Assembly: GCF_001194135.2 (NCBI RefSeq) | Contig: NC_068982.1 | Coordinates: 158,934,996-158,998,995 of the forward strand | Source of the DNA: Octopus bimaculoides | Lineage: Eukaryota | Reading direction: 5' to 3' | Length of the DNA: 64,000 bases | Shown: piece by piece, positions 52,481 to 64,000 of the stretch | How positions within the stretch are numbered: the first letter of the stretch is position 1 | Layout of the letters: each line of letters starts with the position of its first letter | Notes under the pieces: generated by a model | Database searches by the model: none | What the model was told of the DNA's origin: nothing | The model's input: the letters and a program-made list of their open reading frames with translations, nothing else | Program-made: the position numbers and the translations under genes

Positions 52481-54249
52481 AACTCGACTGAGGAAAGAAA
52501 GCTCCGAATGACCCGTCCTTGTTTTCTTTGTATTGTCTATCTAGATGTTTTGTTGACCCTTTTTTGTATTCAATATCTACGCTTTCTTTGAGTATGTAGT
52601 TGCTTCTGGCTACTCGAACACACTTACATCTGTTCTCTTCCGTCACTAAAAAAATTTTGAAGCCCCTTATTCTCCCGAAATACAAATTTCAAAATTTAAA
52701 ACACATTTTACAACTTAAATCAGCTACAGATGTACAGTTATCGAAAAATGCATTGCGACTAAGCTGTAGAGCGCAGCCTATACTTTAACAAATTTAGAAT
52801 GATATTAAAAATCTCAAAGTGAACATTTGCCACTTAAAAATACACCCATTAAACGCTGTAAAACTAGGATTGTTTATATATTCATTTAGTTCTGTATCCA
52901 TGATAACAAATACAAATAATATTTGAAACACTTCAATTTAGTCTATAGTTCTCATGGTTCGCTGTTGTATATTTCCAACAGTAATTATAGCATTGCAAAA
53001 CACGCCTATTAGATACTGTAACAGCAGTAATGATGTATATGTTTAATTTGTTTATGTATCCGTGAAGACGAACACATAAAGCAAGTGGAAAGAGTAAGCC
53101 AGGTATTCTTCAAATTATGTTTCTATTACGAAATCCACTACCACTCCCATATGTTTAAAATAGTAAACTTCTATGGCTGCTGCTACATCTGTTACATATT
53201 TTGACGTGAATTTTTTGACATTCCTAATCAGCTCCGCCGATTCAAAAACCATCATAGAGTAAAGAATATGTTTGAAATTTTAATATTCTATCCCGTTAGA
53301 GCGTCGAGCTGGCAGAATCGTCAGCGCCCCACCAACACCACCATCACCATCAACACCTACAAATTGCTCAACGGTTATCATCTAGGTTTGCTATAAATGC
53401 GAACAAAAATTCAAATTGAGGGAATAGAGTAGGTAAAATCCAGGCTACATAAGTTTCTTCGCAAGCAGAACATCGGAAGTAATATTTACTCAACTAGGGT
53501 TACTCCACTAGCTACTCACCATGCCGAAGATACCTTAGTTAAATGATGGCTACATTGTCGTCAAGGGAGCTCGATTGAACTGATAGGAAATGTAACTTAA
53601 AATGACTGGTGAAACCGGAAAAATGGCAATGTAACCTTCATTTAACTTCGACCTGATGTAAAAAAATATTACTTCCGAGATTCTTCTAGCTAGGAAACAT
53701 ATGTAGACTGGACGTTACCTACTCCAATACCTCAATTTAAATTATATATATATAAACTATGATAATTCTCGCAACGCAATTTCCTTCCAGGTTCGCATTT
53801 GTTACATCAATTCTTACTAACCAATTCTCCCTCGGAGAAGCCTGCGCACGTCAACTACTCCAGAACACTTTTTTAGATTATTTTCTACCTCATCTGCAAT
53901 TTAATTCCTAAATTCAGCCGCATGCAACAAATGATCATATGATGTATGGCCTACCTTCGTAGACCCCCATCTGTCGCGGTATGTCAATAGTCAACAAAAT
54001 CAAGAACAACATAAGTATATGACGTTCTCAGAATGCATAATCGTCATCATATATTTTAATGTTCAGTCAAGTTACCGGAATCATATGAATTTATTGATCA
54101 TTAAGATGAATCAGTATACCGTCAAGTGAAATATCAATCATGCCAGGTAAATGTACCGAGATGGGGTATGATGTGCATACATGCAGTAACGTATCATTTA
54201 CACTGTGATAACGCGCGTGAGTGCATGCATAATACAATAGTGCGTGTAT

Positions 54250-54303
<54 letters not shown>

Positions 54304-54730
54304 GGATAGATAGATAAATAGATAGATAGATGGATAGATACATGTGAGTACGTCTGTGTATTTATAGATGCACATACGTATATGTATATGGGTGAGAGAG
54401 ATAGGAAGGGAGATAATATTGTAACATAATGCTTTCGTAATATATGCAAGTTTTAATTTTCCTAAGTCAGGTCAGGTTGTCTGTTGCAGGATTTATGTTG
54501 CACACATAAGTATATACATACACTCACACATATACATGTAACCACGCAACCACACATACAGACACACACACACACACATACATAGATAAATATATTTCTT
54601 AACATAAACGTGGGATCACATGAACATAGTAAGTTGAGAAATCTGCCAGTTTATTGTTTCTAATACATTACGTATTAATTCTGACGTCTCGGTTTCTGAG
54701 TTCAAATAACTTCAAGACTTAAGCACAAAA

Positions 54731-54768
<38 letters not shown>

Positions 54769-55409
54769 ACACACACACACACACGCATGCTCAACCTTCA
54801 AAAATTAAAGAACAAAGGTGTTATTATCTTTGCCATTATCATCATCAGCTGCTGTAGCAGCACTATCAGTAAGTGTAGCCGCAAAAGAAGCAACTGTCGT
54901 AACAGAATCAACAGTAACAAATAAATGATCCCTTCAAGGAACAACTCAGCGAATGTGGATGTCCTCTATGACGTCGCACTCCCCCTTCAAAATAGCAACA
55001 ACGACCTCTATGAAATCATACATTACCTTAGAGCGCTTGAGTAACGTAGTCTTAAGTGAACATCACATGGAACTACAAGGAATAATCGTGGCTAAGTGAC
55101 CATTGTACTTATATTCGCTTGAGAAAGTCAGTGTTGATGCTAAACAATAAAACAACTGTTGATTTCGTTATTAGCTATACCACAAACATTCTTATTAATG
55201 ATATTGTTGCAATGAGTGTGAGGAATATTTTTAACAGTTCTAGTGTTTTGTTCGGATATAATCTAGAGAGTAAGGAAAACTGTTGTCAATAATGATGAGA
55301 CGAAGCTATAGTAAAATACATAAGTCACCGTCGAGTCGAATAGCAAAAAACATGATTCAACTTCGAATGGAATTCCAAAGTACAGTTTTAGAATGGTGTG
55401 TAGGTGTGT

Positions 55410-55453
<44 letters not shown>

Positions 55454-58019
55454 AAAAGAGAGAGAAAGAAAAAGAGAGAAAAAGAAAAAGAGAGAGAAAG
55501 AAAAAGAGAGAGGTAGAAACACCGTGGCCAATTACCTGCAAGGTAAGAAAAGAAAAAAACTAATTTGGAATGAAAGCCATTCATCGTTCAGAATATGTGG
55601 ACTACAAGCATAAAAACCATCAAGCTTAAAAGAAACAAAAATAAAGTGTACTAGATTGCAACATCTCTTACAATTATAAGTACATAGACAAGGTTGTATT
55701 TACATATTACTTAATATGTGTATGTGTATACACGCACACACTCACAGATACCTACTGATAAGCACACATATATACGTATATATTACGTATGCACACATAT
55801 ACCGATACACTCGCACATATGCATATAATATATGAAAACACACAAGTATTGGGTGACAAAAATGCAAGCTAGTTTCAGAACATTTAACAATAGCGTACCC
55901 AGAATAAGTTAGCCGAGAGCATCATCATTGAAGTAAATGCAATATCATCATATCAAGGTGAACTGTTTAACTTAACCTTACCACAAATAATCAATATTAC
56001 ATCTGTACAATGGATATAATTTCATTGACAAATGTCACATAGGAATTACGGTTCTTACATCGCTAAACATAATATTTATTCTATGAAATGTAGCTAAAAT
56101 TACATACTCTGTGTACAAGTGGATATCACAGAAAATATAAGTTAGTAACCAGTTTAAAGGCTAAACTACACAAACTATTTACATGCTAACTACCCCCTGT
56201 CAGTGTTAATTCAAATTTAAAAAGACAAACGATATATTTTCTTTTGAAGGCATCTTATAGCTGTTAAACTTGTTGTTTTAATCCGGTGCAGCCATACTCG
56301 ATTATACTTATCATCAAAGTATTTCCAGTTGTGTTCTTCCGTCTTGTACATTCGGGAATAGTGTTTATACTTTATTCAAAGTATTGTTCGTTTTAAACTC
56401 CAATGTAGGATGTAGTGTGAATGGAGATCTGGCTATCTTTTCTAAAAAGTCGAACAGCCGATTAGATATTCTTTCATCGGTTCACTACTGAAGCTTTGTT
56501 TTTGTACTTTTGTTGGTGTTGTTTAGACACAAGTCAGCAGACATCAAGCAGATCTATACTGCAAAATGTTCCAGCTTTTAACACGTCATATCATTTTATT
56601 TTCTTCACCAGTGCTGTGTCTATAACATATTTCTTCTATCTGGTTTGCCGGTGGCGTGGTCTTTGTTGCTACTGCTGTTGTTATGATCAAAGGTAGTTCA
56701 ATCATTAACAACCTCGTCTACATAATACAGTATAGCTTTTCTTTCGGAACATGACGGCGAGTAATTTGAGAGAGACTTGGATGCTGTTTCTACCAAGTCG
56801 CGACCACATATGTATTCTATAGTTGGTTTGGTGGTAAACTGGGAATTCAGGGAATGACGTCTTCGATAGAATTACCAGAAGGTCGAAGTAGCGCATTATC
56901 TCAAGACACAGATCTCGTTTATCCATATAAACACTACGTTCGAAAGGCAACTATATTCGAAAAATATAAGTAGATAATGGCTTTTCATATTCACAAATAA
57001 GGACAAATTCATTCTCAAATACTTACACACGCATCTATATATTTGCTAGAATTAATGCATTTATATTCCAGCACTTACGTACGTGTATCCTTGTGAGATA
57101 TCATTTTAATGCATATCTTCTATATTATTATTTCTATGTCTTCAAAATGTATCACTACAGAAAAATGAATATAAAAAGACGGAATAATCTGTTTTATATT
57201 CACATTGTTCTAAAGAGAACAGAGACATTAATTTCATTTATTGAAATATGGTATTAAAAACATCCGATTAATTATGTATTTTAATGAGGATAGCAAAATG
57301 GAAACAGTTGGAGAACGTCGGATTAGATGCTCTAAAACACTTCTTTTCCGTTACACTTTGAATTCACTTTCTATTGGGATCAACTAGAAACAGCATCCTT
57401 AAAAAAGACGTTTCTCCCACAAGAAAGTTTTAAAAATCAATATTTATACGCAATCTCATGATTTGAATGTGAATACGTGAATAAAGTAAGTTGGAGATAT
57501 TTCAATTATTGAATAAGGTTAATAAACTCACATCGCTCTGCTTACCACGCATGCCTAGTATCAGTCCACTGCATAGAAGTTTGAGAAGATGCTTTCTATC
57601 AGAGTTTCGTGTTACCCATTGTTTTATGAATTGAAACTGAGAAAACTCTAGTTTCTTTAATTATTTCTTGTGTGTGTCTATTACGTTAGTAACTTCCATG
57701 AATTACAAGAGAAAAAAATACTATCGATATATGCGAAACGCATAATCAAACACAAGCTAGATAACTACATATATACATATACAGAGACACATGTATGTGC
57801 AAGTCTGAGAATATAGAACATATAATTATCTGAATCTCGTGCTATATATACTTGTAGCTGTTTAGATGCATAACTAGCTCATCTTAATGCTATTTTTGTT
57901 GGTTGTTGAATTCTTTCAAGTATCGAACATGTCCCTAATGATTATTGCAAGTATTAAAGTAAGTAGAACAGTAACGAAGAAGCTAGACATGATGTTATAT
58001 AAGGAAGCAGTTCGATCAG

Positions 58020-58560
58020 TTTTTTCCCAGAAATCCCGCATTTTAGATGGTCCTTAAATCTCTGAACCTTCTATGCGCGTGCAAAACGTGATACTCACAT
58101 TTGACATGTCACCAGGAATCCGGACTTCTGAGCACAAGTCCCTAAAAGTCAAGTCAGGAAGCATATCAAGTACACACCACATGACAAAAATGTTTATCAT
58201 ACACCAGGACTGCAAATATGCAAGCACACAACAGCGACTTCCTAAAATGACTCAGCGGGAAATTTACTTGGATAAGAACTTGTATCACAACAGGCCACCT
58301 CATCCAAAACCATTATCGTAGCAGGTTGCTAAAGAAGCAAATAAACTCCTGGCCTGACTCCAACAGGAATCGTAAAAGTGCTGCACCTTTGTGCATAACG
58401 TTGTTCAGGGATCAATGTAGATTGCTGACCACCAAAGTATCTAGCCTGGCACACAAGCCATTCGGGATACCATGCAATTATCTGTGAATGTACGCTATAC
58501 TTCACTGTGAACATGGTTGTTGTAGCTAGTGAGTCCTGGACCAATATTTTGTATTTGTTA
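58020..58560 (-). mobile_element. Probable old RTE-like LINE RT fragment
   Basis: Frameshifted HGIP/EWLV and STFTIPVGVRPG resemble the 'GIP.WLV' and 'F.V..GVRQG' RT motifs. The match is weak. Confidence 0.4.
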
Positions 58561-60099
58561 TATTCATCAAAAACTCAATTCAGCCCAAGATATCAGTTTT
58601 AGTATGGTTGCATCCAGTTATTTGCCTTAAGCTCTCAGCGTCTTTAAAAAAGTTTTCCTCTATAACTATTTCGTCTGTAGTTATCATATTCTTAGACATG
58701 TCCCTCTGTACACGTTATCAGTAGCTACGCTCGTGTTACTCACATTCAACACTCATCACGTTCGTCTTCACATATGTTTGTCACTAGCTATGTTAGCTTG
58801 CTTAACTTGTTCCTCAGTATTGATACTCGTATGTAGACATATACATCTGTAACTATTTCTTTGTAGCTATATATATGGAAAGCGATGCGCCTAGAACTAC
58901 ACTATTGTATTCTATATGCATCTGTAGTGATAATAGTCAGTCGCAACAATAATCGTTTGTAGGTATATGAGTCAGAAACTAAGTTTGCCTGATTTAGACA
59001 CGAGCTCTGTACGTAAGCGCAATAATCAAGCGCTCGAGCAATTACGTCTGTACTAGCAAGGGCAAACATTCAAGTATAGCAATATAAGGAAGTGAAATGA
59101 AGAAAACCAGAACAAAAAAGTAAAAACAAATTACTTTCTTCCAACTATAAAGAAAAGAAAAAAAGTATAATAGGAAGAAGCAAATTATTTTTTTCCAAGC
59201 GGAATTACTAGAATGTAATCACATACTTGCGTAAGAGCCAATATTTTCCTCTATATTCTTGCATCTTTTTTTCTCTTTTTATTTCCTGTTCTCTATCATC
59301 GCTACGATCACAACATGATTACTTATATTTATGATTTATTTTCGCAAGATGTATGTATATGAGGTCATACTCAATCATACTCGTATATAAACACACACAC
59401 TTACACGCACACACGCACACTCCCACACATATATATATGCATATACATTATATACATACACACACGTACAAATACATGCATGTAAGTATTTATATATATA
59501 NNNNNNNNNNNNNNNNNNNNNNNNNNNNNNNNNNNNNNNNNNNNNNNNNNNNNNNNNNNNNNNNNNNNNNNNNNNNNNNNNNNNNNNNNNNNNNNNNNNN
59601 NNNNNNNNNNNNNNNNNNNNNNNNNNNNNNNNNNNNNNNNNNNNNNNNNNNNNNNNNNNNNNNNNNNNNNNNNNNNNNNNNNNNNNNNNNNNNNNNNNNN
59701 NNNNNNNNNNNNNNNNNNNNNNNNNNNNNNNNNNNNNNNNNNNNNNNNNNNNNNNNNNNNNNNNNNNNNNNNNNNNNNNNNNNNNNNNNNNNNNNNNNNN
59801 NNNNNNNNNNNNNNNNNNNNNNNNNNNNNNNNNNNNNNNNNNNNNNNNNNNNNNNNNNNNNNNNNNNNNNNNNNNNNNNNNNNNNNNNNNNNNNNNNNNN
59901 NNNNNNNNNNNNNNNNNNNNNNNNNNNNNNNNNNNNNNNNNNNNNNNNNNNNNNNNNNNNNNNNNNNNNNNNNNNNNNNNNNNNNNNNNNNNNNNNNNNN
60001 NNNNNNNNNNNNNNNNNNNNNNNNNNNNNNNNNNNNNNNNNNNNNNNNNNNNNNNNNNNNNNNNNNNNNNNNNNNNNNNNNNNNNNNNNNNNNNNNNNN

Positions 60100-60130
<31 letters not shown>

Positions 60131-61763
60131 ATATATACATATATATATATATATACATATACATACAAATATATTTGGAGGATGTACAAATATACTTTCA
60201 TATGCGTATACACACATCTATATATGCATATGTATATGTATGGATACATATAAGTATGTATATATATGTATATGTATATATATGTACACGATAGTATCGC
60301 ACACTGAGAATGGGTGCTTGACACCGACTTTCAGTTTATGTATGTCACAGGAAAATGAAACATCACACCATCCTCAAGCGTGGACAGCTTAAACACTAGG
60401 GGAAACAATTCCTCGTCTTGAATGCGTAAAAAGCAATTTAAACGAGTAAATTGCAAGCATGTCTCACTTATCAACCTTGCCAAACAAGATAAATTTTAGA
60501 TATAGATTATATTCATAATATGCATAATAAGCATATACTCTGAAAAACTGATGCTGAATTTCTAACTTGCATACATTTGTATAAGGTATAGATAAACCAT
60601 CACATGATTTACAAAATATATTTTTATTAAATTCCAATTTCTTTCACTAATTTCCAAATCATATCGTGAATCCATAAATAGTAAGTTAAACACTCGCATA
60701 TATCCATGAAAAGCAAGTATGTCTCATGTGCAGTATATCATTATTTACATGTATAAATATGAGTGCCCGTGTAATTTCAATTAATCAACGTTTAATACCC
60801 GTTCTTACAAAAATACAAGACCAATTCAAAGAGCATAACGACTAAAGACATCCCTAAACTTGTGTGTGTATTAATTCTGATACCCCATGTTTCTCGTTTA
60901 ATCTCGTGTAATCACTACCAAGATTGAGGAAATTACTAACATTTTCAGTGAAACATTTCTCAAAGGTTTTCCAGTTTATCGTACGTGGCGTGGCGTTCGA
61001 CTTCAAACACTTTTTGCTTCTTTCTGTTTTATTATTCATTTTCCGGGTTTTCAAACTATCAGCTCTTATATCTACTTCTTTCTCGCGTTTACTAGCTTTC
61101 AGTGCCTGAAAACTCTACTGGGATACCTGACATGCTAAGAAATCCTGTATCATTCCATTCCAATACCTGATTTAGTAGAAGGAGCATGATATTCTGGCAT
61201 TGTTCTCAATCCCATAAGTAACCCCACGTAGGATATATACATCGTTGTAGCTCAATGTTATTTTCCCGAATCTATTCTCAATATGAATTCTCCAACTCCC
61301 TTGGATGATAAAACGACAGAAATTTACTCCGCCCCAACCACATAGGAAAATATAGTATTTGTTTGAATGTACTTATTGATTAGTAAGCAGTCGTTGATCG
61401 AATTTTTGAAAGTTCCACTTGAAATAGAAAGTAACAGAGGGTACTGTTGAATTCATGGTCCGGCAAATAGGCTGAAGATGGCTTACAGTCGAAGAATTGG
61501 AATGCATAGAGAAAATACCACTTTCCTTTCGTATTCCCAACACGGCTACGTCTATGGACACCTGTTACTGAACTTAGAATGCTACACCTTGGAATCGGTA
61601 TAATGCCTTGCGTTTTTTTTTTTTTACATTTTTCGTCTATTTCATTTTCGACTTTCTGTATAATAAACATTGTAGAATTTCGTCCTGCTCTTTACGTTCT
61701 AATTATAAAGTCACCCTTGATATTCAGAGTTACATAATTTATGAAATCGGTGTTAACAGAGGC

Positions 61764-61796
61764 AGCAGTAGCAGCAGCAGCAGCAGCAGCAGCAAC

Positions 61797-61861
<65 letters not shown>

Positions 61862-61862
61862 C
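61764..61862. repeat. Compound (AGC)n(AGT)n microsatellite
   Basis: Directly visible. It explains the poly-S, poly-V and poly-T ORFs. Confidence 0.95.
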
Positions 61863-62699
61863 TATTCTTTTATATCTTACATTGGACAGTGTCATTGTTA
61901 ATAAGATATATCGACTATTTTCATTGTTCAATGTTACTGTTTTAGGCTTCCACATTCTATTTCCAGAATAATTTATTATGTTTTACACTGACATGTTACA
62001 CTGCACATTAAATATCTGGACATGTTTCGCAGTTTTTTAGTCTTTCAAACAAAGGATTTATTCGAAAATATTGAACCACGCATTATATTTAACGAAACGA
62101 AAACAGTATTTTGAATGAAAAACTAAAATAATTGGTGATATTTATATATATTTCTGACTTCAAACAATCAATAGAGGTCTGCTTATCCATTCATTTATAT
62201 ATCTATCTATCTATCCGAGGGGACAAAATACAAAGTAGAGCTTGTCTTTTTAGGAAGAAGAAACGAAGAAAATTAAAAGAAAAAAAGAAAAAGAAATCGG
62301 TCGAATTCCGATCAAAAGGGATCGTGCAAAAACAAAAACAAAAAAAGGGCAGAGGCCAGTCAATAGAAATCGTGTATCACAGAAATGTCAATGTAAAAAG
62401 GGAAAGCAGATTAGGTTTATCCGTGGAAAGAAAACCTAAGGAAAAGACTACGGGATCCTTGGGCAATAGTTTCATTCAAAAAAAAAAATCACATTACATT
62501 AAGTGGTTCTGTTTCATTCTTTCTTTTTTTGTTTTTTGGCTCATAGGATTATGCTCAAGCTGACTCTGTCATTCACACGTGCCATCCTTGCTACATTCAC
62601 CAAAAGTAGTGAAAGGCCCCGCCTAAAAACAACACTGATGGACATTGAAAAAAGCCCGCAGTAATCCTATGTGAGGGAGTGAGCAGACAAAGAAGCCTA

Positions 62700-64000
62700 G
62701 GTTATAAAAAAAAGCATTAAGCCAAACACAGAGGCCTTCTTTCATTACGCGAAAGATGCAGCCTCAGTACGCTGCAAAATAGGACCCCTCTTCCAAAAGG
62801 ATGGCTCCCTAACCGATTGTCCAAACAGGATCAGTGAGGTATTGAATGACCAGTTCAAAAGTGCCTTTACCTCCTCGTTGGAACACAGACAAGTGAACGA
62901 AGTAGTGGATTTATTTACCGCCTCATCTATAACCAGCGAGGCAGTTACGATGGAATACATAGACATCAGCAGAGAAGATATACTACTAACCAAAGATGAA
63001 GTGGACGCAAACTCAACTGTTGGTCCTGATGGCTTCCCAGCAATCCTCCGCAAATCGTGTAAGCCTGACCTGGCAAAACCCCAACAGATTCTCTTCCAGA
63101 GCTTTCTTGCAAATACCGGGTTGCCACGCAAGCTGAAGAAGAGAATAATATGCCCAATCTATTAAGGGGGAAGCAAAGCAGACGCCAAAAACTATAGGTC
63201 TATGCTCCTGATTTCAAACATCAGCAAAGTCATGGAACAGATAGTCAAAGTGAAACTAATCGCATTCCTTGCAGAAAATAACTTGCTGAATGATACCTAG
63301 CATGGCTTTCGACCAGGTTGCGGCTGCCTGATCCAGCTCCTACAACATTATGACTGGGTGTTGAGGCAGTTACTCAGCAATCAGATGTAGACGTAATATA
63401 CATTGATTTTGGAAAAACTTTTGATAAAATGGATCATGGTATGATATGCCACAAACTGCGTGATCTCGGCATAGCTGCAAAACTTAGACAGTGGTTACAT
63501 GACTTTCTGAAAGATACACATCAGGCTGTAGTCTCCAATGCAGCCACCTCAATAAAAACACAAATAGTGAGCGGTGTTCCACAGGGTACTCTCTGAGGAC
63601 CACTGCTTTTCATAGTGGCCCTCTCAGATATGCCCTGAACTGCCCGGATAGCCAGCCTTGCTAGCTACGCAGATGATACGAAAGTCTCGCAGAAAATACA
63701 GAACCCGAGTGATGTTTCACTTTTTCAGTAGCAGTCAGACTCATTTTACAGATGGGCTGAGGATAATAATATGCAGTTTAAAGCTAAAGAATTCCTAGCC
63801 CTGCGCTACCAGCGTCGAAAACTGAACATGAATCTTACAGGGTACACTTGTCTACAGGGAATTAAAATCGCAGAGCCTAAATCAGTGAGGGACCTGGGTA
63901 TCGACATGAGTGATGATACCTCTTTCCAAGTTCACATTAGCAGGATGGCGACAAAGTGCAGACGACTGGCTAGATAGAACCTGAGAACATTCAGAACCAG
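62700..64000 (+). mobile_element. CR1/L2-like LINE ORF2 remnant (RT domain), continues beyond the window
   Basis: GPDGFPAIL, IICPIY*GGSKADAKNYRSMLLISNISKVMEQIV, HGFRPG, DVIYIDFGKTFDKMDHG, SGVPQGTL*GPLLF, YADDTKVS, with stops and frameshifts. Confidence 0.93.

Noticed and set aside
56590-56970. Possible plus-strand exon (ttcttcaccag acceptor) and Cys-rich short ORF
   Set aside because: No recognisable protein, a weak donor and no partner exons.
61608-61971. Poly-Ser, poly-Val and poly-Thr ORFs
   Set aside because: Translations of the (AGC)n(AGT)n microsatellite.

Overview
Eukaryotic, AT-rich, microsatellite-dense scaffold segment with many N gaps. The SINE, mariner and Gypsy families look like those of a cephalopod (probably Octopus; this is inference from repeat recognition). 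It is not prokaryotic, and I found no CRISPR array, rRNA or intact tRNA. The only host coding sequence I can support is a minus-strand exon (7780-8220). It holds a uORF-rich 5' leader and a signal peptide ending in 'LPRTIRV-G|' at a phase-1 GTAAGT donor, which is typical of the first coding exon of an ionotropic glutamate receptor. The rest of that gene probably lies left of the window, and untranslated upstream exon(s) may lie near 26.9-27.7 kb. Everything else is intron or intergenic DNA with decayed transposons: a two-LTR, internally deleted Gypsy; two RLE-type (R4/Dong-like) LINE 3' fragments next to (ATT)n tracts; two CR1/L2-like LINE RT fragments; two mariner copies; two Tc1 remnants; a foldback MITE; and several tRNA-derived SINEs. 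The most curious observations are telomeric TTAGGG repeats at the 5' truncation junction of an RLE LINE, in the polarity expected for addition to the cDNA end; a near-perfect 340-bp inverted repeat beside a gap; and an unexplained 236-codon reading frame with only three internal stops. I found no convincing novel multi-gene system. Most long ORFs in the supplied track are artefacts of N runs or microsatellites.
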